Assembly (NCBI GenBank): GCA_016302165.1 | Contig: JAEDOD010000001.1 | Coordinates: 1,382 to 65,381 of the forward strand | Direction of reading: 5' to 3' | Length of the DNA: 64,000 bases | Source: Sphaerochaetaceae bacterium | GTDB lineage: Bacteria; Spirochaetota; Spirochaetia; Sphaerochaetales; Sphaerochaetaceae | Shown here: piece after piece, positions 54,994 through 63,132 of the stretch | How the letters are laid out: the number at the start of each line of letters is the position of its first letter | Position numbering within the stretch: the first letter of the stretch is position 1 | Position numbers and translations under genes: made by a program | The notes under the pieces: model-generated | The model's input: the letters and a program-made list of their open reading frames with translations, nothing else | The model's database searches: none | What the model was told of the DNA's origin: nothing

Positions 54994-55666
54994 GCTTCTG
55001 AAAATGGAAAATGTCTCCAAATCCTACCTGGAGGACGGTGGAGGAGACCTTCTTATTCTCCGTGACATCAACCTTACCCTTAAGAAGGGGGAGGTGGTTG
55101 CAATAACAGGAAAGAGCGGATGCGGCAAGTCTACTCTTCTTTCTGTGGCTGCTCTGCTTTCCAGAAGGGACAACGGAAAAATCTACTACTCCGGATTGGA
55201 TGTGGACCAGATTCCTCCTAAGGACCTTAGCGCCTTGAGAAACAGGAAAATGGGATTTGTCTTCCAGTCTTCCATGCTTCTTGAGGATTTTTCTGCCCTA
55301 GAGAATGTGGCCATGCCTCTTCTCATAAGAGGAGTGGGCAGAAAGGAGGCCTACAGTAAGGCGAAAGAGTATCTTGCCTTGGTGGATATCTTTGATAGAA
55401 TGGACCATCGTCCCTCCCGTCTCAGCGGAGGAGAGAAGCAGCGCGTTGCCATAGCCAGGGCCTTGATCGGAGAAGCGGAAGTGGTATTTGCAGACGAGCC
55501 CACAGGTAATCTGGACGAAAAAAACGCAAGAATCATTGAGGAGCTTCTGATCTCCACTGTAAAGAAGGCAGGCCGTGGTCTCTTACTTGTTACACACAAT
55601 CCTCTTTTCGCCTCAAAGGCAGATAGAACCTGTGTCCTGAGTGAAGGAGTGCTTCATGAAGAGTGA
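54983..55666 (+). CDS. ABC transporter ATP-binding protein, LolD/MacB-type
   Basis: Walker A GKSGCGKST, signature LSGGEKQRVAIARAL and Walker B VFADEPTGNLD. Confidence 0.92.
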   Translation: MENELLKMENVSKSYLEDGGGDLLILRDINLTLKKGEVVAITGKSGCGKSTLLSVAALLSRRDNGKIYYSGLDVDQIPPKDLSALRNRKMGFVFQSSMLLEDFSALENVAMPLLIRGVGRKEAYSKAKEYLALVDIFDRMDHRPSRLSGGEKQRVAIARALIGEAEVVFADEPTGNLDEKNARIIEELLISTVKKAGRGLLLVTHNPLFASKADRTCVLSEGVLHEE

Positions 55667-56801
55667 TGGGGAAAGGCTGTATATTGGTAGAAAGAGAGGA
55701 AGGGGAATGGGTGTCAAATGGACCCTTTCCTCCCTTCTTCCTGCTCTATTGATATTCCTCATTACAGCGGTCCTGGTCTTTGCCATGGTCTTCATCTCCT
55801 CCATGACCACAGCCATAGATAGGATGATCATCATGCTGGGGTCCTCCAGCATTGTGACTGAAGAGGAAGTTGACGTATCCTCCTGGAGCGGAGCCTCCAT
55901 CAATAAGACAAGAGAAGGGGAAGGCGTGGTGTTTACAGAGGAAGGAAAAAGCATCATACGCCTTAAAGGTGTCAACGAGAGCTATCTTCAGGGGGAAAGG
56001 GAAGAGGCCCTGAAGATTGTGAGAAGTGGAGAGGAAGTGAAGAACGCAATAATTGTCTCCACCACTCTTGCCCGTAAGCTTAATCTGGAATTGGGCTCCT
56101 CCATGACTATGATGCTCTATGAAAAGGAGAAGAACAGGACGAGGCCTATTCTGATGACAGTTACAGGTATATTCGACTCCGGATATGCCCAGCTGGATAG
56201 ATATCTTGCGTATGTAGACTTCTCTCTTCTTGATGGAGAAGAGGAGTGGGAGATTCTTCTTGACCAAAAGGATGACCTTGAAAAAAGATGCCAGGAGCTG
56301 GATGAGCTAGGCATTCCTTACAAGACATATAGGGAGAAGTATTCTGCGCTATATCTGAACGTCAGACAGTCTGTTTCCATCCTCTATCTTATTCTTGCCT
56401 TTGTGGCCCTTCTCGCAGCCTTCTTCTCTACAGATATAGTCAGCGTATATCTTTCCCGCGACAGGCAGGATATTGCCGCCTTAAGGCTTCTGGGAATGGA
56501 AGAGAAGAGGATCAGAAGAATATATTTGTCTCTATCCCTTTTTGCTGTTGCTGTCTCGGCTTTGGGAGGAACAGTCCTGGGCCTTCTTCTGGGGCTCCTT
56601 TCACCTTCTCTCATAAGAATAGTAGCGTCCTCCAATCCAGGCCTTGTGGAATACTACATTTCATCCTTCTCTGTAACTGTGCCAACAATGGAGCTCCTAC
56701 TGATGGTTCTTGCCATGGTAGTGCTTTCGGCCATTACTCTCTTCATCTCCCTTTCCACCAGCGGAAGAAAGGAGCTTATGGCTATAGTTTCAGATAGGTG
56801 A
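55656..56801 (+). CDS. ABC transporter permease, FtsX/LolE-like
   Basis: FtsX-like topology. The start is ATG 55656, 7 nt after an AAGGAG lying inside the end of the ATPase gene. Confidence 0.8.
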   Translation: MKSDGERLYIGRKRGRGMGVKWTLSSLLPALLIFLITAVLVFAMVFISSMTTAIDRMIIMLGSSSIVTEEEVDVSSWSGASINKTREGEGVVFTEEGKSIIRLKGVNESYLQGEREEALKIVRSGEEVKNAIIVSTTLARKLNLELGSSMTMMLYEKEKNRTRPILMTVTGIFDSGYAQLDRYLAYVDFSLLDGEEEWEILLDQKDDLEKRCQELDELGIPYKTYREKYSALYLNVRQSVSILYLILAFVALLAAFFSTDIVSVYLSRDRQDIAALRLLGMEEKRIRRIYLSLSLFAVAVSALGGTVLGLLLGLLSPSLIRIVASSNPGLVEYYISSFSVTVPTMELLLMVLAMVVLSAITLFISLSTSGRKELMAIVSDR

Positions 56802-56844
56802 ATCCCCTCGAAACTTTTCCATAAGAGTGGTAACCTCTCTTTGT

Positions 56845-57768
56845 ATGAACTTAGAAGTGTTTTCTCTAGGCACCAGTGGCATGATGCCTCTTCCAGGAAG
56901 ATTCCTTACCTCCGCCCTTGTCAGAAGGGACGGGGAGCTGTTTCTCTTTGATTGCGGTGAAGGCACCCAGGTCTCGCTGAAAATGCTGAATCTCAGATGG
57001 AAGAAGATCTCTGCCATATTCATAAGCCATATGCATGCTGACCATGTAACAGGGCTTCCAGGGCTATTGATGCTGTCCAGCCAGGTGGATAGGGAGGATC
57101 CACTATATATCTATGGTCCTTCCAGGCTTGGTGACTACATCGATTCCTCCAGAAAGATTCTGGATATGTATATCAACTATGAGATCAAGTTCATTCCTGT
57201 GGAGCCGGGAGAGATATATAGGGGAGAAGACTTCTCAATCAACTGTTTTCCTCTTGACCACACCAAGCCCTGCGTCGGCTACTCACTGGTGGAGGATTCA
57301 AGAAAAGGGGAGTTCTATCCTGAGAAGGCTCTGGCGTTAGGAGTGCCCAAGGGGCCTCTCTTTGGCCGCCTCCAGAGAGGTGAGACCATTGTTCTTCCTT
57401 CTGGCCTGGAAGTGAGAAGCGATATGGTCATGGGAGAAAAGAGAAGCGGAAGAAAATTCAGCTATGTCACCGACTCCCTCTATTTTCCTGAGATTGCTGA
57501 CTATGTCCACGATTCTGACATCCTTTTCTGTGAAGGAATGTTTGAGGATGGACTGAGGGAAAGCGCTTGGGAGAAGAAGCATATGACAGCTTTGGAGGCT
57601 GCCATGATCGCCAGGGATAGCCATAGCGATATGCTTTGCCTTCAGCACTACTCTCCTCGCTACAGCGATAAGGAGCTGAAAACCCTTCTCAAGGAAGCCC
57701 AGAGCATATTCCCCAACACTATTCTCACTAAAGACAGAATGAGTTTCGATATTCCTCTGAAAGATTAA
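56845..57768 (+). CDS. rnz: ribonuclease Z
   Basis: Metallo-beta-lactamase motif HMHADH and full-length RNase Z-like sequence. The start is set at MNLEVFSLGTSG. Confidence 0.9.
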   Translation: MNLEVFSLGTSGMMPLPGRFLTSALVRRDGELFLFDCGEGTQVSLKMLNLRWKKISAIFISHMHADHVTGLPGLLMLSSQVDREDPLYIYGPSRLGDYIDSSRKILDMYINYEIKFIPVEPGEIYRGEDFSINCFPLDHTKPCVGYSLVEDSRKGEFYPEKALALGVPKGPLFGRLQRGETIVLPSGLEVRSDMVMGEKRSGRKFSYVTDSLYFPEIADYVHDSDILFCEGMFEDGLRESAWEKKHMTALEAAMIARDSHSDMLCLQHYSPRYSDKELKTLLKEAQSIFPNTILTKDRMSFDIPLKD

Positions 57769-57928
57769 ATAAGCTCTTTTGCGCTATATGATTCAATGAC
57801 CATGCTGCACGTTATTCCAGCAGTAGTCCCAGTGAAAGTACAACGGAGGTTTTGCCCGTATATTATTCCAGGTTTTATTCCTCTGATATTTCCTGGCGCC
57901 TTGAATCCATAGTGCTTTTCGGCATGGA

Positions 57929-57960
57929 ATAAAAAAGGCTGCCAGAAAAGTGACAGCCTT
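57929..57960 (-). terminator. intrinsic terminator of the repeat-protein gene
   Basis: The minus-strand RNA reads AAGGCUGUCA-CUUUUC-UGGCAGCCUU (10 bp including one G.U) followed by UUUUAUU. It begins 20 nt after the stop at 57980. Confidence 0.72.
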
Positions 57961-57979
57961 ACTTAATAGTGGATCAATT

Positions 57980-59308
57980 CTAATTTGATAGTTCCTTGAT
58001 CACTGAGTCTGCGTTGTGCCGAGCTGTGACGACAACCATCTTTCCTTCCATGTCCTTAATGCTCTTCTGCACGTCCTTGGCTCTGGTGTAAGGAAGAATA
58101 GCGTAGACCAGGGATCCCAGTGTAAGGGCAGGAACTTCGAAGACTCTTGGTATTTCGCTTTCCTTATCCTTGCCGAAGGATGCGATGATGAGAGGATAAC
58201 CTTCGCTTCTGGAAGCTGCAATCTCCTCCTCAATGGCTTCTCTTGTGGAGATGGCTTCCTCATCTTCAATGATGACTGTCTTTTCTCCAGGAACTTCCTT
58301 CTCGACAATCTTCTCTACAGGAACCTCAACCACCTTTTCTACAGGAACTTCCTTTTCGACAATCTTCTCTACCGGAACTTCCTTCAGGACTTCAACGATC
58401 TTTTCTACTTCAACAGGAACTTCAACGATTTTCTCCACAGGAACTTCCTTGATGATTTCCTTGACCACAATGCTTTCTGCATCTTTCTCTGTTGGAGTCT
58501 CGATGACAGTTTCCTTGATTACGTCTACAGGAACTTCCCTTTCAACGATCCTGTCTACAGGAACCTTCACAGGAAGAGGCTTATAGTCATGGCGGATGAT
58601 GATATCTGCGTCGATTGGAGCCGGGACTTCCTTCTCCACTTCAACGATCTTCTCCACTTCCACTTCCTTGATGACAGGAACCTGGACTTCCTTGACCACT
58701 TCAACAGGAACTTCCTTTATGACTTCTATAGGCTTCTCGACTATTCTGTCTACAGGAATTTCCTTGAAGACAGGAACCTGCACTTCCTTGACGACTTCGA
58801 TAGGAACTTCCTTCACAGTCTCTCTCACCACTTCCACAGGTTTCTCGACTATTTTTTCTACAGGAACAGGAACTTCCCTGATGATCTCCTTTGGAACTTC
58901 CTTTACAACTTCCTTCACCACTTCCACAGGAACTTCCTTGATGATTTCCTTTACAGCGTGGGCATAGGGAGCTCTGTCGAATTCACCAGGATCCACAGGG
59001 TTGGAATGGGATGGGTCATCCATAGGCCTTGAGTAGAGGGGAGAGTCATAGGAGTTTGGGGATAGCTTGTCGATATTATCCTTGTAGTCATCTTCTCCAC
59101 GTCTGGCAGATATAAGTGCAATCTCAATGAATACCAGGCCAATAAGGATTGGCAAAGCCTTGGTGAGGACGTTGTAGATCTGCTCCTGTGTAATGTCATA
59201 GGAAGGGACAATGAAGGAAATGAATACTGCAATGAAGGCAGCAAGAATGATTATTGACAATATGATGCTGGTGAGAACCAGCTTCCATGTCTTTTTGGCT
59301 TTTGCCAT
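57980..59308 (-). CDS. membrane-anchored protein with a long V/E/K/P/I-rich tandem-repeat region
   Basis: The start at ATG 59308 has a strong SD (GGAGGG, 4 nt upstream). Two N-terminal TM helices are followed by a repeat region of about 220 aa with (K/R)EVPVE(K/V)(I/V)VE-like units, then a non-repetitive C-terminal domain of about 90 aa. Confidence 0.7.
   Translation of the reverse strand: MAKAKKTWKLVLTSIILSIIILAAFIAVFISFIVPSYDITQEQIYNVLTKALPILIGLVFIEIALISARRGEDDYKDNIDKLSPNSYDSPLYSRPMDDPSHSNPVDPGEFDRAPYAHAVKEIIKEVPVEVVKEVVKEVPKEIIREVPVPVEKIVEKPVEVVRETVKEVPIEVVKEVQVPVFKEIPVDRIVEKPIEVIKEVPVEVVKEVQVPVIKEVEVEKIVEVEKEVPAPIDADIIIRHDYKPLPVKVPVDRIVEREVPVDVIKETVIETPTEKDAESIVVKEIIKEVPVEKIVEVPVEVEKIVEVLKEVPVEKIVEKEVPVEKVVEVPVEKIVEKEVPGEKTVIIEDEEAISTREAIEEEIAASRSEGYPLIIASFGKDKESEIPRVFEVPALTLGSLVYAILPYTRAKDVQKSIKDMEGKMVVVTARHNADSVIKELSN
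58283..58955 (-). repeat. imperfect in-frame tandem repeats (about 30-33 nt period) inside the CDS
   Basis: On the plus strand, units such as ttctc(t/c)acaggaacttcctt... recur. I counted roughly 15-20 EVP/VEK-type units by eye. The repeat composition creates long stop-free ORFs in the other frames. Confidence 0.7.
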
Positions 59309-59371
59309 TTTACCCTCCACAAGCGTATAGATTGACGCCAAGATGATATAATATTATATCTTTGGGGTTAT

Positions 59372-59824
59372 ATGTCTGCAAGATTCAAAACCTTAAGAGT
59401 GATTTTCTTTTTCCTCTTATCCTTTGCCACAGTCACCTTGGTCTGGGGTGAAGGGGGCTATTTGGAAAGAAAGGAAAAGGAAGAGCGGCTGGAAAGGCTG
59501 GAGGCGGCGGCAGAATCCAAGGAAAGGGAGAATGCTCTTCTAAGGGAGCGGAATCTTGCATCCAAGGACTCGGATGAGGCTAAAGTGGAGCTCATCTATT
59601 CCTTCTCCACCACAGGGGAAAACGCCTATCAGGTGGTATCCTATCCAGAGAACTATGGTCTGGAGGGGGAATATAAAGGCATATCCTTTTCAAAATGTAT
59701 TCTATGGGCTATCGTTCCTACTTTTCTCTATGTCCTATTCCTGGTTTTCTGGGAAAAATGGAGAAGAAAGGGAGGAAGGAAAATGAAGGAGATGGAAAAT
59801 GGCAGAGATAATAGATTGGAATGA
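59372..59824 (+). CDS. hypothetical bitopic membrane protein (N- and C-terminal hydrophobic segments, coiled-coil-like middle)
   Basis: Hydrophobic N-terminus (VIFFFLLSFATVTLVW), a charged helical stretch (ERKEKEERLERLEAAAESKERENALLRE) and a second TM near the C-terminus. I recognise no family. Confidence 0.5.
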   Translation: MSARFKTLRVIFFFLLSFATVTLVWGEGGYLERKEKEERLERLEAAAESKERENALLRERNLASKDSDEAKVELIYSFSTTGENAYQVVSYPENYGLEGEYKGISFSKCILWAIVPTFLYVLFLVFWEKWRRKGGRKMKEMENGRDNRLE

Positions 59825-60362
59825 TGTGGTGATTGATGATATAAGCGCCAGGCTTCTGAGAAATGAAGTAGGTATCTTTCCTTGTGATACAATATATGGC
59901 ATTTGTGCAAAAGTTTCTGAAGAGACCAGGGAAAGGATATATGAAATAAAGGAAAGGCCTGAATCCAAGAGGCTTCTGGTGCTGATGGATAAGGATAGTC
60001 TGGAAAGGGAAGGCCTTTTAGTGCCGGAAGAGATTGCTTCCCTTTGGCCTGCTCCCTTGACAGTGATTCTGCCTACAGCACAGGGAGACACTCTTGCTGT
60101 AAGGGTGCCTGATGATCCTTTCCTTTCCGCCCTCCTTCCTCTTACAGGGCCTATATTCTCCACCAGCGTAAACCTTTCAGGCTCTCCTGCCCTTACTTCC
60201 ATAGTCGATATCATACCAGCCTTCAAAGACAAGGTAGACTTCATCATAGAGAAGAAGGATATGAAGGGTGGAGTGGGCAGCACCTTGCTGGACGCAACAA
60301 AAAGACCCTGTCGCATATTACGGCAGGGTGCATACAAAGTAGATGAAAATCTCCTTACTTGA
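59799..60362 (+). CDS. tsaC: L-threonylcarbamoyladenylate synthase (TsaC/YrdC family)
   Basis: YrdC-domain motifs (FPCDTIYGI, KERPESKRLLVLM, LTVILP, STSVNLSG). Confidence 0.88.
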   Translation: MAEIIDWNDVVIDDISARLLRNEVGIFPCDTIYGICAKVSEETRERIYEIKERPESKRLLVLMDKDSLEREGLLVPEEIASLWPAPLTVILPTAQGDTLAVRVPDDPFLSALLPLTGPIFSTSVNLSGSPALTSIVDIIPAFKDKVDFIIEKKDMKGGVGSTLLDATKRPCRILRQGAYKVDENLLT

Positions 60363-61653
60363 TGATTTTCCTTGCTTCCATGTAATATCTCTTCTCGTTG
60401 GCGTGGCCAATGGAGAAGGTCTTTCTGGGATAGGCTCCGTCAGAGAGCATATCTGAGAAGAAGTTATCTTTTGAAACGTCTGGAAGGATGATTCCCAGGT
60501 TTCCTTTCCTTTCTCCCAGTTCCAGTGTTACATCTACTCCGTGGATGTAGTCGACTTCGCCCTTCTTCTCTTCCAGCATCTTGTCGATGACCAGCTGGAT
60601 GGTTCCTGCAGCAATGGTTTTCTCTCCTCCATTTACAGTGTATACAAAGAGCTTTCCTTCATCTGAGAGACCGAAGTGCTGGCCAGGAGCATTGGTCTTT
60701 TTCAGAAGCTCTTCCTTATCCTTGACCTCTTCCTTTGTGAATGAAGCGCAGAATCTGGAAAGAAGCTCTTCAAAGACAGGAAGAGAAATGTTGAAGAAGA
60801 CTCTATGGATAGGTTCAAACTGTAGGCCTTCGTCGAAGATGTTCTCCAGCTCCACCAGGGCATATCTGGCAGGATGATTCTTTCTCTCCTCCTCTGTCAG
60901 ATTTGCCTTCAGGTCCTCCCAGCATGACTTTGCTGTAGCAAGGGAGTGGTTTCCGTCACCCATGGCAAAGAGAAGAGGATTCTTTGGATCCAGATCTCCA
61001 TAGAGGGCGCTGAAGCCTGCCAGAATAGAGTTCTTATCTTCTTCTCCATCCACCAGATATCCTGTAAGGTGGCCTCCATTCTTGTTCAGGTCTGTGTCGT
61101 AGACCTTCCTGAGGCTATCCTTCTTTTTAGCCAGTGGTTCGATTATTCCTCTTCTCTTGTCTGAGATAAGGACCATGATGTGAGGAAGTTCAATAGGAGC
61201 ATCCTTCCTGATTTCCTTGCGTGGAGGAATACGGGAAAGGATTGTGCCTTCTGTTGCCCTTATCAGTGTCCTGGACTCCTTTGAGTAGTCGTATGCTTCC
61301 AAGTCCAAGGCCACCATAAGGCCATACCTTTCGCCGCTTTCAGTTTCACGCCTGACCAGGATGAATGAGTCCTTATATTCCTGGAACACATTATTGTCCA
61401 GATACTTCTTCATGTTTTCATTGATGGATGAGATGATTGCCTTCTTGTCTCCAGTCTCCAGATATACCTCAGGGAATATAAGGCGGAGGGTGCTTGGCTC
61501 ATCTCCAATCTCCTCTGACAGGCTTTCCCAGTATTCTGGCTGTGATGTGTACTGGTCGCAGGCGACAACAGCCCACTTTTTTGCATCGATTCTGTCTGAA
61601 GGAAGAAGAATATCTGGGGCCTTGAAGCCAAAGTCTGAAAAATTGCTGCTCAT
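60355..61653 (-). CDS. DUF1015-family protein
   Basis: About 430 aa. The N-terminal ...VVACDQYTSQPEYW... and overall sequence resemble DUF1015 proteins as I remember them. The start is ATG 61653, with GGAGAA 7 nt upstream. Confidence 0.65.
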   Translation of the reverse strand: MSSNFSDFGFKAPDILLPSDRIDAKKWAVVACDQYTSQPEYWESLSEEIGDEPSTLRLIFPEVYLETGDKKAIISSINENMKKYLDNNVFQEYKDSFILVRRETESGERYGLMVALDLEAYDYSKESRTLIRATEGTILSRIPPRKEIRKDAPIELPHIMVLISDKRRGIIEPLAKKKDSLRKVYDTDLNKNGGHLTGYLVDGEEDKNSILAGFSALYGDLDPKNPLLFAMGDGNHSLATAKSCWEDLKANLTEEERKNHPARYALVELENIFDEGLQFEPIHRVFFNISLPVFEELLSRFCASFTKEEVKDKEELLKKTNAPGQHFGLSDEGKLFVYTVNGGEKTIAAGTIQLVIDKMLEEKKGEVDYIHGVDVTLELGERKGNLGIILPDVSKDNFFSDMLSDGAYPRKTFSIGHANEKRYYMEARKIIK

Positions 61654-61845
61654 ATTAAGTTTCTCCAAAAAGATTAGGTTTTTATAAGTCTATCATTGTT
61701 TTCGTGAGGTAAGCATCAATTATTTCTGAAAAATCTCATTTTACTGAAAACCTATGATTTTGCTATCTAATTTTGGGATTTCTGATTTTTGCTTCCTCCT
61801 GTCCCCATTATTGAGGCAAAGTCTCTCTCGTGATATGCTTTTCCC

Positions 61846-62193
61846 ATGCTGGAGCTGCGTAGAATCATAGAGTTTTCATCTAGGGTGCATACCTATCTTA
61901 TTTCGCTATATACCTTCCTGGCCCTTCTCTTTGTGCTTTCCCTCTACTTTCCTGTCCAGGAGAGATTTGTGGGAGTCATAACTGTAATGCAGATGGCCAT
62001 GGGCTGGACCTTGTTCCTTGAAGGTGCCTGGGTAATCTTCGGCTCCATTCTCTGCACCTTCTATTCAAAGGTCCTGGTGGTCAGCCCCATATTGAAGACC
62101 CTCCTTAGGCTCCTGGTCTATTTCCTCATTTCCATTGTACTTGATATAGTAAATACACTTATTACCGGAGGCTTTAGCTATGGAAGCTTGTAA
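61846..62193 (+). CDS. hypothetical small integral membrane protein
   Basis: 115 aa with 3-4 hydrophobic segments. Its 3' end overlaps the aroH start by 14 nt. Confidence 0.45.
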   Translation: MLELRRIIEFSSRVHTYLISLYTFLALLFVLSLYFPVQERFVGVITVMQMAMGWTLFLEGAWVIFGSILCTFYSKVLVVSPILKTLLRLLVYFLISIVLDIVNTLITGGFSYGSL

Positions 62194-62560
62194 TAGAAGA
62201 GTCTGGGCAATCAGAGGGGCAACAACAGTCTCATCTGATGACCCAGCTCTCATCGATGAAGCTGTTGGGGAGCTTCTTTCCCTTATCTATAAGGAAAACA
62301 ACTTCAGTGAAGAGGATGTGGTCTTCACTCTGTTCTCCCAGACTTCGGACCTTAGGAGCCGCAATGCCGCCGCTGCAGCAAGAAGAAACGGTTTCTCCAC
62401 CCATTCTCCTCTCTTCTGTGTCCAGGAGGCTGAGATAGATGGAATGCTGGAGAGGGCCATAAGAGTGATGATAGAGGTGGAGAAGGATAACATGGATTCT
62501 CCGAAGATGATCTACCTTAGAGGGGCTTCTGGACTGAGGCCGGATTTGAAGAGGAATTGA
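62180..62560 (+). CDS. aroH: chorismate mutase, AroH class
   Basis: WAIRGATTV N-terminal motif, length about 125 aa and similarity to the Bacillus AroH type. Confidence 0.85.
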   Translation: MEACNRRVWAIRGATTVSSDDPALIDEAVGELLSLIYKENNFSEEDVVFTLFSQTSDLRSRNAAAAARRNGFSTHSPLFCVQEAEIDGMLERAIRVMIEVEKDNMDSPKMIYLRGASGLRPDLKRN

Positions 62561-63132
62561 AAATGAAGATAACTATTGTCAATGGAAGCGCCAGGGAGGA
62601 AGGAAACTCAGCCAAGGCAGCCCTTTTTATTCAGGAGGAGATTCTTTCCAGATGGCCTGATGCCATTGTGGCCAGGATCAATCTTTCTGAAATGACCATC
62701 CATCCCTGTCTTGGGGATGCCTGGTGCAGAAGAAATGAAGAGTGCACCCAGAGCGATGATGCCAAATGGATCCTTCCTCTTCTGGAATCATCAGATTTCA
62801 CTGTATTCCTGTCTCCTGTATTCTTCCGTGATATGAGCTCATTGATGAAGATCTTCCTTGACAGGTGCTACCCGATGGTAAAGGGAAACCCTGGAGACCA
62901 GAAGCCTAAGAAGGATGGAAAGAAGGCTGTGCTGATCATGTTCCAGTATGGAAAGAGCAGGGGCTCAGAGGAGGCCTTGAAGCATACTTCCGGAGTTCTT
63001 GAAAGTCTTGGCTTTACCCTTAAGGGAGCCATGCTATTCGGTGATGCAGACGACTTCGGTTCAGCATCTGAAGATGAGAAGAACAGACAGAAGATTCTCA
63101 AGGCTATCATTAGCGCCGGAGGACAGAAATGA
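62557..63132 (+). CDS. flavodoxin-like / NADPH-dependent FMN reductase family protein (iron-sulfur flavoprotein-like)
   Basis: KITIVNGSAREEGNS N-terminus typical of the FMN_red family, with conserved Cys residues. Length is 191 aa. Confidence 0.78.
   Translation: MKMKITIVNGSAREEGNSAKAALFIQEEILSRWPDAIVARINLSEMTIHPCLGDAWCRRNEECTQSDDAKWILPLLESSDFTVFLSPVFFRDMSSLMKIFLDRCYPMVKGNPGDQKPKKDGKKAVLIMFQYGKSRGSEEALKHTSGVLESLGFTLKGAMLFGDADDFGSASEDEKNRQKILKAIISAGGQK

Noticed and set aside
58016-59032. 338-aa plus-strand ORF rich in F/L/N/R/D, plus the ORFs at 58233..58586 and 58596..58967
   Set aside because: All of them lie antisense to the repeat-protein gene. The tandem repeat keeps these frames free of stop codons. 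Only the minus-strand frame has a strong SD, TM helices and a terminator.
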